DNA of 64,000 bases from Octopus sinensis (GCF_006345805.1 NC_043003.1:81220001-81284000); one strand, 5' to 3'; counted from the first letter of the stretch, positions 37,634 to 52,564 are shown. Program-made: numbers and translations. Notes: a model not told the origin generated them from the letters alone.

Positions 37634-38893
37634 CACGGGTTGGACACATTAATGGAAACACCTTAAAATTTCAAGCAAATTTATTTTAATATCGGGTAGG
37701 ACCGTCTTTGGCAGTAATTACAGCTTGAAATATATGAGGTATGGACTCGTACAAAGTTTGAATTCCTTCCAATGGAATTTTGTCCATTGTTCACCTAAAA
37801 TAGTCTCCAATTCCTTTAATGATGATGGTGGAGGATATCGACTCCATACGTGTATTTCTAAAATGCAACTATAAATGTTCAATAATATTGAGATTTGAGG
37901 ACTGTGGTGGGCAGATAAGATGTTCAACCTAACTAGAATGTTCCTTGTGACCTTCAGTAACTACTTTAGCTGTGTGAATTAGTGCATTATCATTCTGAAA
38001 GGTTGCGTTTCCCTCTGGAATCAGTTCCGCAACCATAACATGAAATTGATCAGATAAAATGCTTAAATAGTCTTGACTATTAATTCTGCCATGAAGGGAA
38101 ACCATTGGGCCGACGGATTTTCAAGATATAGCCCTCCCCCACCCACGCGCCAGATCATCCAAGGTTCACCTCCATGTTTAACAGTTGGAAGAAGGCAGTA
38201 TGGATAAGATGCTTCTTTTGGCTGTCTCCTCACATATACTCGGCCGGTGGTCGGAAATAATATAAAGGCTGACTCCTCCGTGAAGACAATCATTCTTCCA
38301 CTGTTCTAAGGACCAATTCTGTAGGTATTTACTCCACTCTAAACGCTTTGAAATTTGTGGTTTTCTGATTGCATCCCCCGTGAAATCCGGCTTTGTGCAG
38401 CTTCCGACGAACAGCTTTTGTGGAAACTGGGTTCTTGAGGTGGTCATTGAGCTCTGCAGTAATTTGGAGGGCTGTACTTTTGTGATCCTTTCTAATAATT
38501 CATGTAAGTGTCTGACGGTCCCTATCTAAAAATTTTGGTTATCTTCCGGAGTTTTGTTCTGACGAGGAGACTTTCCCCTCTTTCTCAAAGGCTGTCATTG
38601 CTTTTGAGGCAGTAAATCTTGATACACCAAGCATTTCGGCTGTTTTTGTTACACAAGCGCCTGTCATTGGAACACCAACAATTTGACCTCTTTGAAAGTC
38701 CGATACATCTGTCATTTTAATGAATTTTAATTAGTTTTTTCTAAAAGAAACAGCAAGTTTTGCACAACATATTAAGCAACACTTTAAATAAATGAAAAAA
38801 CATAAAAATAAACAAGCTTTAGATGGTTTTATAGATATTTAAAAATTATGATGCTATGATACTAGTTGTTTCCATTATTTTGTTTAACCCCTG
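37634..38893 (-). mobile_element. Full-length Tc1-family DNA transposon, 1260 bp, inactive
   Basis: TA on both flanks; TIRs cacgggttggacacattaatggaaacacc (37634-37662) and the reverse complement caggggttaaacaaaataatggaaacaac (38865-38893), 23/29 identical; transposase relic inside. Confidence 0.95.
37686..38715 (-). pseudogene. Tc1 (DD34E-type) transposase pseudogene
   Basis: MTDVSDFQRGQIVG...AEMLGVSR (HTH), FTEESAFILFPTTGRVYVRRQPKEA, CLLPTVKHGG, FQNDNALIH, PPQSSNLNIIEHL, QAVITAKDGPTRY*; multiple stops and frameshifts; both catalytic Asp positions appear altered. Confidence 0.93.
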
Positions 38894-39230
38894 TATATTA
38901 TATATGAACATGGATATATATTTACATATGCGTGTGTGTATAGATACATAAATACATATTAGACGTTAGTGTCTGTATATATTTATACATATATATATAC
39001 ACATATATGAAGTTGCAGTTAAACTTCATGAAAAATCATATGCCCACATTCACAAAACGTTATGTACAATATTGTAAATGTATGTATATTTACATTCTAA
39101 TGAGCGGTTCCGGCTACTTTACTGTATGGAAAACTGATGGTACTGCGACATACCATTACACTGCAATTACGTTTACACTGTGGGGGGTACCATCATTCTG
39201 GGAAAATAAGAAGACATAAATAAATGGACT

Positions 39231-39336
<106 letters not shown>

Positions 39337-39383
39337 TATGTATATAATATCTGCGTGCATATATTTGTAGTCATATAGAAACA

Positions 39384-39605
39384 AGGCGGCGAGCTGGCAG
39401 AAACGTTAGCACGCCGGGCGAAATGCTTAGCGGTATTTCGTCTGTCGTTACGTTGTGAGTTCAAATTCCGCCGAGGTCGACTTTACCTTTCATCATTTCA
39501 GGGTCGATAAATTAAGTACCAGTTTCACACTGGGGTCAATGTAATCGACTTACTCCCTTTGTTTGTCCCCTCTATGTTTAGCCCCTTGTGGGCAGTAAAG
39601 AAATG
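39384..39605 (+). mobile_element. SINE family A, young near-consensus copy, 12-bp TSD
   Basis: catatagaaaca at 39372-39383 and 39606-39617; A-box-like tggcagaaacg, B-box gagttcaaattcc; core cctttcatc.tttc.gggtcgataaattaagtaccag resembles the Nin/Deu-type SINE domain (from memory). Confidence 0.96.
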
Positions 39606-40684
39606 CATATAGAAACATAGATATATATGCATAAGTTTACATGTGCGTATTTATATTTATATTTACATATATTTATATGTGTGTAGATATAGTTGTACAT
39701 TTTGCTAAAACTATAAATCTACAAAAGATCTCATGACGATAATAAACCACCTTATTAATCGTGTCTTATATATGCTTGATTAATCAAATCACACTATGTA
39801 TATTTTCGTCAGTGTTAATTATGTTTGTCAATACCACTGAGACGTCTCCCAGCGCCAGTACTACTTCCGTGTGTACAAGAATGAAAGTGCCTTAGAAAAA
39901 GAAAGCGCCGAAGTTTTGTAATCGGATCGTACTGTCATGTTACTAACAAAAATATCATTCTGTGCTTCTAAATTCGTATATCTAAAATCTAATTTTAGAT
40001 GTAAAATTTAATGAAAGTAAATTTTTTTTATCATTCCGTTTATAATACGTAAATTTTCACTTTTTATTTTAGAGACTCGATTACATAAATATGTAGCCAT
40101 TATATTAATTCAAGTGAGAAAGGAAATGTGTTGTATCCTGTTTTTGGAAAACAGGAATAATTTACTTATGCTTTACTTCAGTTTGGAGTTTGTTCACATA
40201 GTAGCTTTTTCAAATACAAAGATTGCCCGACTGATCTATTTGAAAATCAATGATTCCAAAATTTGACTACAATTAACAAACCATAAAATTGTGGTAAGAC
40301 AACCGTCGTGATATCAATGATACATTATAAGACAGTCGTTGGAGCTGGTAAGGAATAAAAGACCACAAGGAATCAATAGACCGAAAAAATATTCACTTTG
40401 AAATCAAAGGGAAAAGAAATGACAGCTTTAATGGGTAATGTTCCCTGGAAAACTTTGGTTATCTATAACAATTTCAATATTGGTATGACATTTATATTGC
40501 AATATATATTACATTGGAGTCGATAGATTGTTCTAGAACTTATGCATTAGGCAGGATTTCTACGTCAGGTGAATTGACTCAAATATCAAAGGATTTTAGT
40601 TTGGCATAAGTCCTTAGGTAAATAGAATCGTATATCAATACACGAGATACATAATAATGTTATATTAGTAGGATATAAACTTAC

Positions 40685-40715
40685 TGCCTAATCCACTTGG
40701 TCCTTGCGAGATTTG
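40685..40715 (-). other. Candidate micro-exon (31 nt)
   Basis: attatttttccacag|caaatctcgcaaggaccaagtggattaggca|gtaagt; two open frames (QISQGPSGLG or NLARTKWIR). Confidence 0.25.
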
Positions 40716-41608
40716 CTGTGGAAAAATAATACTTTTATTATTGGTTAACTGATGGCATTATTCATCTAAAGTTATTTGGAAAAGTATTTTCACCAAAAGA
40801 AAAGGCATTAAAAGATTATGTATTCTATAATAATATTAATTTCAGTGTTGTACAGAGGATGCCTAATCTTAATCAAAATCTACTTGAAAGCGACAGCTGA
40901 ATTTTGGGAAATTGTGAGAACTTGATAATAGGAACTTTGACCAAGCAGAGTTGCTGCGATATCGACCTTTAACGTAATAAAAATTATAGCTAACAATACG
41001 TTAGGCGAAGCTATTCAGACTGATGTGGCTTAACTCAATCTTCTAACTTAAAAAGAAAACAAATAAATTATATCGTTTTCTCCAAATACCAGAGTCTTTG
41101 TTATGTTTTAAGATGTTTCGCTACTTAATTACAGATAACAGATAACGCTAATGATATTTATTAAAAACTACAAGATTAGTTGTAAGTCTTAATGGATTTT
41201 CCTAGAAGCTTCATTGGGTCCTTAGTTTATGACATACTATCTTCTCTTGACAGGCGGTTCTCTAGTGATATTTTATAAAGTGAATCAAGGAAAACACTTT
41301 ATCCGCAAGTTAATGACTTATTACAATTATTGGGGACTCTTTAAATCCGTCTATGCAATCATATAATATGCATCAGTAATAAAGCTAAAATTAAAACGAA
41401 AAATTTCTCCGTACAGAAATTTCAAAAGAAAAACTATTTATTTAGTGGGCAAAATGAAATTATGGATAACAATTATTGATTTTCAACAATTTGCTGATTA
41501 AGAGTTTGAAAATTTAAATTACTATATAAATTCAGAAACCAATTTAATTTGTTATTTGACTTATTCTTTATTATTTCAGATTTATAATTAAATAAATTAA
41601 CATATGTA

Positions 41609-41656
<48 letters not shown>

Positions 41657-43363
41657 AACACGCGGCGCATGCACGCACACACACACGCAAGAACGTAGCC
41701 CCCATCCACATACATTTAAATATAGATATAGATAGATAGACATAGGAATTTCATTCAATATAAATTCAATGCAATGTGTGTGTATATATATATATATATA
41801 TAAGCATACATACATAACATGCATACATGCTTATATACATATTATATATAGATGTAGTTTTATATATATATATATATATGATATACTAAAGATAAAGAGA
41901 AGACGGAATGTAGCAATAAAAAATTTATATTACCACAACAATCGTTTCATCTTCATGATACACTGCTCCCTTGTGGGCATGGAATGACGCTATAACACCA
42001 AAAGCAACTCACAATGCATAGAATACTCTTCAGGTGGGATAATAAGGTTTCAAGCTAAGATATTTTAACAGTTAGACAGACGCACAGGCAAACAGATGCG
42101 CATATTCATACGTTGAAATTAGTACAAAGACTTATAGACGCTGAGATTAATAATTATACTGGTGGGCACACCACCACATATATGTATCAGTGAATCCCAC
42201 ACGCACACAGCTATACAAACATACAGAAACGCACCTACACCTTATAATCCCACCTGAGGATTCTTTTATGCACTGTGCGTTGCATGTGGTGTCATTGCAT
42301 CGTTCCACAACCAAAAGGGAGTAGTGTATCTTGAAGATGAAACAATTGCTGTGGTAATATAAATTTCTTTGTTAGTACATTCCATCTTCACTTTTTATCT
42401 TTAATATATACTCGACGCCCATCCTGGAATTCCTGGAATTATTACAACGATGCTTGCTAGGTATCGCTGATAATGGCTGATAGCCATAAATGCGGAACGT
42501 GCTCAGCGGACACATGACCTGGGACTTACCCTGAGATAAGGTTGCGATACTGTTTAACACGTATTTTCTTAAATTTTATTTTTAACCTTCTGTTTCACAC
42601 ACATACAAACACACACACACACATATCTCCCCCCTCCCCCACATATATATATATATACATAGATAGATTGATAGATAGACAAACAGAAAAATTAGCATTC
42701 GTTGTATAAAGAAATAGACCTGTTTCTACAATAGATTGACACTGAATAAACGTATTCGCACCTATGAAACTCAAGTACACAACGTGACTCTCTCCGATAT
42801 CCACTTAAATTTGGATAACGAGTACTTCAAAATACGTCAGATACTCAGCACTGGCCAGTCAGTTTTCGCAACTCAGTCCTCCATAAATACAAAAGCTTCA
42901 GTCAAGCTATTCCATCACAGAATTGTCATGTTTAATGATTCAAAAGAATGGCATAACGTATATGTAATCTTCTTAAATAATCCAAGTACAATTAATTCTT
43001 TTTAACATGAAGTGATCTTGTAATTAGTCATGTATTATTATTTGTGGAAAATAAACTGTGTAAGACGTAAAATATGTGCTTATCTCTTCTGTTATTGTTT
43101 CTGTTATGGTTCAGACATTAAAACGTAGAAAAGAACATTTTCAATCAGACTGTGAAATGTAACATTGTAATTCGAACGCTGCCTAAGCAATTTTATATGT
43201 GGGCATGTTTGTGTGTGTGTGAAATGTAACGTGTCTTCAATGACACAACAATACAGAGTGGACTATAATATAACAACTGTTATAATTTAATTATATTGTA
43301 ATATATTTCGGAATATAAAAATTCCTTCGTGTGATATTACTAGGAATTGCCCGAGACGCAGTT

Positions 43364-43392
<29 letters not shown>

Positions 43393-43395
<3 letters not shown>

Positions 43396-43490
43396 GGGAG
43401 AGTTTACGAAAAAAATCAAAAGTCGAAGACAGGTGGTGTACAAAACAAACATATGTATTAGTATAACGCTCAGGAAGAAAAAAAGTTTTA
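43393..43490 (+). mobile_element. (TA)n-anchored Penelope-like head fragment, cut off by the next element
   Basis: Related to 31385-31440 (tgtattag...acgctc..gaa); starts at a (TA)n tract. Confidence 0.45.
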
Positions 43491-43497
43491 TATATAT

Positions 43498-43830
43498 ACT
43501 AGCAGTATCGCCCGGCGTTGCTCAGGTTTGTAAGGGAAATAACTGGAAAAAAATTATGGTAAATTTTTTTTTTAGTTAAAAAAGGTGGAGTTGCGTCCCC
43601 TAGACAGTTTGCGGTTTGTGTTTCTGATTCTCGACCCCATGTCGAATTTATCGATTTTTTTCAGAACTGGGGGAACTTTTCAAAATTTTCCCTGCGTTAG
43701 TTTTGAATTATGACATTGGGCTATGTGTGTGTCAAGTTTCATCAGAATCGGTTGAAAGCCGTGGTCAGGGTGAGGGTACAAGCAAACAGACACACAGAAA
43801 CACGCACAGACAAACTGCCGTTTATATAGA
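43498..43830 (+). mobile_element. Non-autonomous Helitron/Helentron-like element (DINE/Lep1-type architecture)
   Basis: 5' actagc...cgcccggcgttgc; 3' subterminal aagtttcatcagaatcggttg with hairpin cggtt-gaa-agccg (43749-43761), ACAG/AC-rich tract, ends tttatatag. Confidence 0.55.
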
Positions 43831-45291
43831 GAGAGATATGTGTGTGTGTGTGTGTGTGTATACATATACACACGCACAAATTTATATAAGTATGTATGTT
43901 TGTATATACTGGAAAACACGGCAAAGCATGCAAGTATATATATATATATATATAATTACTTTCGTGCGTATGTGTCAGGGACTGAGTCTGCACATGAATT
44001 ATTGAGAAAACGGAATACGTTCCAGTGTTAACCTTTTTATGAAAAAGTATTCACACACGTGTCAAATTTATATACTTTGCGTGGAAGAGTAAATTTTGCA
44101 AGTGGAGTTAAGATCGACTCCTACAATCCTTAAGTCATCCATAATTCAGTACGGAAGACATAGTATCACAAAGCGAATAAGTGCACTGAACACAGAAGGA
44201 TAAATTATAAACATCATGTACGTGTTTAAACATCCAGTAAAATCTGCAGCAAACCTATTTTCTATTAACCGGTTATGATTTATTTAAATTACTGCACTGT
44301 ACAAACATTTTGAAACTTTTCTTTACATAGTTGTTTGAGTTCATCACACTATTTAATGTAAGAATTTTTTTCTGTAATAGAGATATATGTTAGACTATGA
44401 TCTACCGCTGCACATGATTTCCCAACTGATTTTGAAGTTGCCTATATAGTTATCCTTCAATTTCTAGGCATAACAAGAATGTGTTGTAACATTTCAGTTC
44501 TTTTATTTAACTTTCCCTTCTGCTTTGTCAATTTAGTGTTTAGTTAAAATATTACTTTTAAAGCGTTTGCGTTGTGCATTGATAATTCTTTAAGGAAACA
44601 CAGCTGAAATTCGGCAGTTGTATCAGCAGATTGATTTCATAAAATTTTCCTAGTATTAGTGGAATAAATTAATCAAATTTCAATGTTGGTAATTTTGAAG
44701 AAATTCTGATATTTATGATTGACAAGGTAGAGTTTGTGAGCGTGTGTGTGTTTTGTTGAGTGAGGTGGAATCAATCAGATGAATTTTCATTATCTTTTTT
44801 GAATAAAACGTTTTGTAAATTTTTGAATGAACATGAGATTTATCTGACTCAATTTTTCTCCAGATATCACAAGAATTATTAATGACGTTATCAAAAATTA
44901 TTTTATTCGACGATGCGCTAAAAATTATGTTTCTTATTGTGTTTACAACATTTTAAATATTAGTGTATGGTGATTGAAATTATAAATATAGATGAGCTCT
45001 TTAGTTTACAGTTCATATCTTGAGCCTGTAGATTTCAATTCATAATGCACATGTTTGTATATTTCGTAATTCTAAGGGTTAATTCATTGAAATTAATCTT
45101 TTCAAAATTTATGCAATTCGTGTATGTTACAATGGAGTAAGAAACCTAAATCTTCGTTGTAATATTAACCTGTATATAGTAAAAGTTTAATACTTTGTCA
45201 CAATGCAATGGTCAGATATTTCTCAAATTTCAGTGCCGTTCAAATAACTCATAGTCAATCAAATGTCACATTAATATTAGTATTCTTCTTG

Positions 45292-45512
45292 AGGCAGCGA
45301 ACTGTAGGTGCCTTTCGTACGCCAGGCAACATACTTAGCGGCATTTCGTCTGTATTTACGTTCTGAGTTCAAATTTCGCTGAGGTCGACATTGCTTTTCA
45401 TCCTTTCGGGGTTGATAAAAACAATACCAGTTGAGTACTAGGGATCGATATAATCGAGTTACCCTCACCCACAAAATTGCTGGTTTGTTTGTGCCACAAT
45501 TTGAGGCCAATA
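45292..45512 (+). mobile_element. SINE family A
   Basis: cttagcggcatttcgtctg...ctgagttcaaattt...catcctttcggggttgataaa; candidate TSD tattcttctt / tattgttctt. Confidence 0.9.
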
Positions 45513-45559
45513 TTGTTCTTCTCCTTAAAGACATTATCTTCATAAAAGAAGATTTTCCT

Positions 45560-45616
<57 letters not shown>

Positions 45617-46509
45617 TATTTCTTAACAAATTTCAAAGCACTGGTGAGTAAAATTGGATTGGGAGACAATCGAAGATAGGGCACAAATAATTCGAACTGA
45701 GTAAACTCACAAATTCTTTTGTTATTAATGCTATTGAACCAAATAGCTTCAGTACCACTATTGTTCCATTGACGAAAGGTGAAAGTTGGTAGCATTTCTT
45801 ATATTGACATTTCTATTCTTCAAACTAAGTGCGCGTGCTAATTAGTCCAGTTTCTCCCTCATCAACGTTAATCAATCAGCATTTCTTGATGGAAGTGGAA
45901 TTGTTTGTATGTGTTCTATTTATTGTCACGAATTGTGACAGACATACACACGCATACAGATACATGCAAACATAGACACATGCGTTGCATCACGTTGACT
46001 ATATGCGTATGTGAGTATAACTATGTATATATATATGTGTGTGTATATATGTATAAATATATGCATGCGTGTGTATCTATGCGTACATGTGTGGACGCAG
46101 AAATACAAGTGTTTAAATAATCCTATTTTATTTCACAAGTCTTAATTTGTCATAACCTTGAAACAATCCTTGAGAGTGAAAGTGAGCAGAATATTAAGGG
46201 AAGACCATTGTAGGTTCTACCTATATATCAAAGGCACAGATTTTGGTATTACTCATATGTGAGAGTTGACCTGATCATCTAAGCTGTATTTTGGTGAGAA
46301 TGGCTTCAAAACCTGATATGTTGCCTTTTGTTAGTACCTCACTGTTATGAATATGACCGCTCGGCTTTATACTGGAGATAGTACGCAAGCATCGCATATA
46401 AATAGCGTCAAACTGGTTGCTGTGATTTCGGTACAGAGTCTAAGATTCAACCTGTTTGTGCGTGTGTGTGTGTGCGTGCGCGTGTGTATGTGTGCATGTG
46501 CATGTCTCT

Positions 46510-46710
46510 GTGTTTGTACCCCACCACCACCTAACAATCAGTGTTGGCCTGTTTACATTGTAGTGACTTAGCGATTCGCCAAAACAGAAGGAGGGAATAA
46601 GACACAGACTTAAAAAATATGTAGTGGGAGAGACTTGTTCGACTAAAGTTCTGCTAGGTGCCACCTCAGTATGTCTGCAGTTTACTGACTGAAACGATTA
46701 AAAGATAAAA
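46510..46710 (+). mobile_element. SINE family B, old 3' half
   Basis: ccaccacc.aacaatcagtgttggcctgtttac...gacttagcgattcgccaaaa...ttgttcgactaaa...tgactgaaac. Confidence 0.7.
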
Positions 46711-46748
46711 GATAACATAAAGATGATATATATATGTATATATATATA

Positions 46749-46848
<100 letters not shown>

Positions 46849-46864
46849 ATATATATATATATAT

Positions 46865-47257
46865 GGAGTGGCTGTGTGGTAAGTAGCTTGCTTACGAACT
46901 ACACGGTTCTGGGTTCTGTCCTACCTCGTGGCACCTTGGGCAAGTGTCTTCTACTATAGCGTCGGGCCGACCAAAGCCTTGTGAGTGGACTTGGTAGACG
47001 GAAACTAAAAGAGGCCCGTCGTATATATGCATATATATCTATGTGTGTATATGTGTGTGTGTGTCTGTGTTTGTCCCCCCAACATCGCTTGACAACCGAT
47101 GCTGGTGTGTTTACGCCCCCGTAACTTAGCAGTTCGGCAAAAGAGACCAATAGAATAAGTACTAGGCTTACAAAGAATTAGTTATGGGGTCGATTTGCTC
47201 CACTAAAACGCGGTGATCCAGCATGGTCACAGTTACATGACTGAAACAAGTAAAAAA
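46865..47257 (+). mobile_element. SINE family B
   Basis: ggagtggctgtgtggtaag...ggcaccttgggcaagtgtcttctactatagc...gactgaaacaagtaaa. Confidence 0.94.
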
Positions 47258-48251
47258 ATATATTAAAATAGAACTTTAGAATAACAACCACGTTTCAAAG
47301 GAAAGATAAGTATTCTTGAATATTAAAATTAATCAAAATTGATGGTATACAGCCTAACTGTGAAGCAAATACAAATAATAAAATATGACGGTTATCATTT
47401 GTTGCAGTCTTTTTTCTTCTGCATTTCAATGATTGTTTTCAGTACAAGATGTAAATTTAACTTTTAGTTTTCTTACCCTTTTGCTTTCCAGCTAATTAAC
47501 CATCATTTATCTAAAAAATTGTATTAGTTCAGAACTAGCAAACTATTTAATATTCTTCACTTGTAACACTATAGACAATTGTCTATATGTTTTACTCTGC
47601 AGAAACTACAATTTACTATGTAAAAGTTTACTGAATTTTGTAGAGTGAAATAACCTCGTTTATTTCCATTGTTAATTTTAATGAATAATAAAATTGTTAA
47701 AATATGTATCTAACGTACTAATATCTGAAATGAGATTTTCTTAATACGATTATAATATTCCATACTCATCGAACACATCTTTAAAATCGTAAGAATAGAT
47801 AAAGAAATGTGTGCAGAATTAAGTTATCTGGCTTTTACCAACCGAAATGCTAACCATTTCGGCTTTGATCTTTATTAGAAATCAAAATTTACATTAGTAA
47901 AGAGCAGGGGGTTAGCAGATGCGTTGCATTAAATACACACTATACATACGTTACAAATTCATACCACATTGTGTTCAGCTTCGTCGTTTAGCCTTCGGGT
48001 ATCGATAAAATTATGTTCATCTCAAGTACTTCGCTCCATTCAATTGATTTATACTCTCATTCCAGAATCTGTATCTACACAAAGTGATTAGATATCGTTC
48101 TCATGCATGTATACATATATCAGTGATCTAGCGGATATGGTTAATTGTTTCTAGTTTTAAAATATGCTGTCCTATTTCGAAACAGTTTTAAATGTGTAAC
48201 ACACACACACATTTATATGCACATATATATATATATATATATATACATACA

Positions 48252-48283
<32 letters not shown>

Positions 48284-48313
48284 CATATACATACATATAT
48301 GCACATATATATA

Positions 48314-48366
<53 letters not shown>

Positions 48367-51300
48367 TATATATATATATATGTGTGTGTGTTTGTGTTTG
48401 TCCGTGTCTGTGGTGTGTGGTGTATATAATAACGACGATAGCTCGAAAATGAGAGGAAAATATTGAAAAATATTCAATTGCTAGAGATGTGATCAACAGC
48501 CTCAAAAATTATAATATCACGTCAATGCACTCACTCTTTTTGTTTAGTAAAACCAGGGCATTATTCCCAAAAATGTCGAAGAGAAAGGGTTTTTTCCGTC
48601 ACTTAGTCGTATCTATAGATATTCTTGATTCAAATCACCAATCCATTAATTGCGTTCTATCTACGTATATTTCATTTCTTTCTAAAACTCGATGTTCTTC
48701 ATCATCTAGAAGCTGGAGATATTTCAATTTGGAAATAGTTGGCTATTTAGCAAATGAGTTAATCACCGAGGTAGACGAATAGGAGATATATTTTTTCTTT
48801 AAGCTCCTGCGACTTTATTCATCTTGATGGAATCTGAAAATGCTTGAACATCACAACATTTCCTAATTTCTTTCCAAATTGTGCAGTGTCGCTACCTAGC
48901 CCATAAAAAAAATAATATTTCAATAAAAATTATATAATGAACAATAAAAATATAAAATTTGGAGGAAAATAGAAACTCAATAAATGATCATGATACAATG
49001 CAGTATTGAAATATTCATATTCCTAAACAAGAGAATAAACCTTACGTGAGTACGTGATGTGACTGATTAAATCTAAGGAAACAATAACATTGATGTTTAT
49101 AATGAGCGCCCTTACACAAGCACATACACTTATACATACATAAATGCACACACACATATATATATATATGTGTGTGTGTGCGCGCGTGAATGCGTACATG
49201 CGTGCGTGTCTGTTTGTGTGTGCATGTATGTGTGTGCGTTGTGTGTGAGTGTCTGCGCATATGTATATGTACATGTGTATATTGTATTACATGAATCATC
49301 GTTATACAGTAAACTCGAAACAAAGCAAGGAACACGAAAGCCTCATCACTCCTATTATTCTGGACATAAGAAATATTGACATTAGCAACCCCGATGCCGG
49401 CTTCACCTAGTGTCAGAGCGATAGTTCTTGAACGGAACTATAAATGGTGATTTGGGGACTTAATATTTATCTTAATGCGATATTTTTCTAAAACATTTGT
49501 TTACAATTTTGATCTACTGTAGTTGTGATTTTATTTTCACAGATTTCATTATGTCTACTCGTATAGGACAGCATACTAATATTTCACAACTTCGATAAAT
49601 ATGCATAATTATCCAATAATTTGAACACGGTTCTTTTTTTAGCGTATAATATTAATTTTATTTCTGTGAATAATTTACTGGAATATATTGACGCAGGTTA
49701 TACAAGCAGATAAATTGTTGTAATGAAACCAAGTGTAAAGTTTTATTTCAGTAAGAGTATACGTTTGAACAGCAAGGGCCAGTGAGAGAATATCTCTGTT
49801 GTAGCATGAGTTTTAGAAATAGTATTTAAGTCTCTCTCAAAATATATCGAACCCTCTTAAAAATAAGAAGATACGTAGAAAACTGTAGTTCTAGATGAAC
49901 CGTCTCTAAACATAAGATAGTATAGTTGTGGCTTGACCGCTTTTGACTACAGCTCTGCTCGATCGTGGAGTGCGTGAGGTTAAACAGAACAGCAGCGACA
50001 GTTGCAGTATATGAAATAGTAATAGAGGTTATATCGCATTTGCACAAAACTACCAATTCTATTATTTATCCATCAATTCTTCAAAGGTTTTATTGGAGTT
50101 AAATATGAAATTCCTAAGTATCTCTTCTTATGTGAGCCAAGTGGCAGATTTACTAAAGTGAATGGGTATACTTTAAGGTAAGGTTACATTTAATGTGTTC
50201 ATGCTATATATTCAACGACTATAACATCGGGAAGGGACACTCTGTTGGATGTAGTCAAGTAGGCTATTACCTAAATTATTACGTATCAGTAGTACCCAAA
50301 TCATACAGTAGCAACATCAAATGCTATGAACAGATTTTTATGAAACAATTTTAATAAATATGCAAAGAGGAATATGAGTGAATCACGTTGTACGGTTGCG
50401 AGTCTGAAAGCAGTTTTTGTTAGTTTGCTATTTTATGCTCCTGATATCAGAAGTCCTTATGGATAGATTATCCACCTTTGGCTCGCTATATCAAATTTGC
50501 TACTGATGTTTCATAGTTTATTTTACATTGCTTCAGTTCGTTTAGCCGATGTTCAAAGCTCTATACTCATCTGGGAATATTAGTCACTTTACTAGCATTC
50601 TTTATATGGAAGATTTATTCTCTATTCACTTCATGCCTTATACATGGAACTAACCAGTTCTCATGGGTGTTCCCAATGGATATCAAGGACATTTATTAAT
50701 CATTGCAGTTTTATAATGCATTCATTTAAATCGATGAGAATTTGTACTATTTTACTTGAGATATTATTTGGTTGCAGGACAGGTAGTTTTAAACTAGGCT
50801 GTTCAAATTAGTGTCGATTGAAAATATGTTAATAATATATAGAGAACAATTAAAATATAAATATGAATTGATAGGTAACACGTTTCAAATGGAAATTATA
50901 TTTTTCAAAAGAGGAATGACTAAGTAAATGACACTAACTCATTAAAAATGAAGAATTTCAATGAATTAATAACAATTAAGTGAAATCGCAAGCTACTGCT
51001 TTCACAGTGCAAATATTATGTCATATTTCCTCGTATGAGAACCTACATTTATCATCGTATCAAAGTTAGGAAACAATATTGCACTGAAACATTTATTTCG
51101 GTTCAGCCAATAAAAATGTGCCGCTGATTATTTTCAATGTTTTCAACATCAGCAATTATCACAGTAAGGTTGGAAAGTTGTAATCTAAAAGACAAAAAAA
51201 TAATAAATAAATAACAGAGACTAAACTATTATTATATTTTGGTCAACAAAGAAAAATATTAAGGTCTTAACTATATTATATGTTGGTGAGGCAACCAAGA

Positions 51301-52103
51301 GTGTAATTAAACTTAGATAGCTCTTCCTTAAACATTCGTGATTTCGTCCCCATGATAGGAATAAATAGGAATAGATTTACATTATGGAAATCTTTTAAGT
51401 AAAGAGAAAATTCGACACATTCAAGATATTATTACTGTCATAGAATAGAAAAACCTCAACCCTGATCGACCTTTCTCATAACCAAAAACGTTTGTTAACG
51501 ATATTTAGAATTACGTCATTTATTGTTTTATTATTTTATTTAACAATGGAGAGTGTTCTTTTAGGGATATAGGGTGTTATTTCTAATCAGCCGACAACCA
51601 GCATAAGCATAGAATTTTCTTATCTGGTTTGACATTCTGATGTAGAAATCTGAGATATAAAATTAGATGCACCAAGAGAAGTATACGGATATCATCTTCG
51701 GCAGTGTACAAGATATTCCACCCGATAAGAGGTGAACTATGCTTGAAGAAGCCTGCAATTTGATATATCGTATTCTTAGTTTCAAATTATTATGTCTGAA
51801 TCAGACGCTAACACGGAGTATAAAAACTGCTGTTCATGAGAGAACATAAAGTAAAACTTAAACCAAGGCCGAAGTTAATGTGTATGGAAGCCAGTCGGTT
51901 TTTGAAAATTAAAGATATAATCTGTTATCAACTACTGGTCATAAATATAGGCAGCGAGAAGATATTACAATAACGTCAAATATTCGATTGCTTCCACAGA
52001 AATTGGTATACACTCATACTGACATGCAATATAAAATCTAATTGAACAAGAGACCATACTGTCATACAATAAAGATGTGTTAGATTATATAAATATATAT
52101 ATA

Positions 52104-52275
52104 GGCGCAGGAGTCGCTGTGTGGTAAGAAGCTTGCTTCCCAATCACATGGTTCCGGGTTCAGTCCCACTGCGTCGTATCTTGGCGAGTGTCTTCTACCA
52201 TAGCCTCGGGCTGACCAGAGCCTTGTGAGTGGATTTGGTAGACGGAAACTAAAAGACGCCCGTCGTATATATGTA

Positions 52276-52323
<48 letters not shown>

Positions 52324-52550
52324 CACAAGTATATTCATTTGTGTCTGTGTTTGTTCCCCCACCATCGCTTGACAACCGATGTTGGTGTGATTACGCTCCC
52401 GTAACTTAGCGGTTCGGCAAAAAGAGACCGATAGTATAAGTACTAGGCTTACAAAGAATGACTCCTAGGGTCGATTTGTTCGACTAAATGTGGTGCTCCA
52501 GCATGGCCGCAGTCAAATGACTGAAACAAGTAAAAGAAAAGAATAAAAAG
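52104..52550 (+). mobile_element. SINE family B, young, internal (TA)n expanded
   Basis: ggcgcaggagtcgctgtgtggtaagaagcttgcttccc...gggttcagtccc...ctccagcatggccgcagtcaaatgactgaaacaagtaaaaga. Confidence 0.95.
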
Positions 52551-52564
52551 ATATATATATATAT

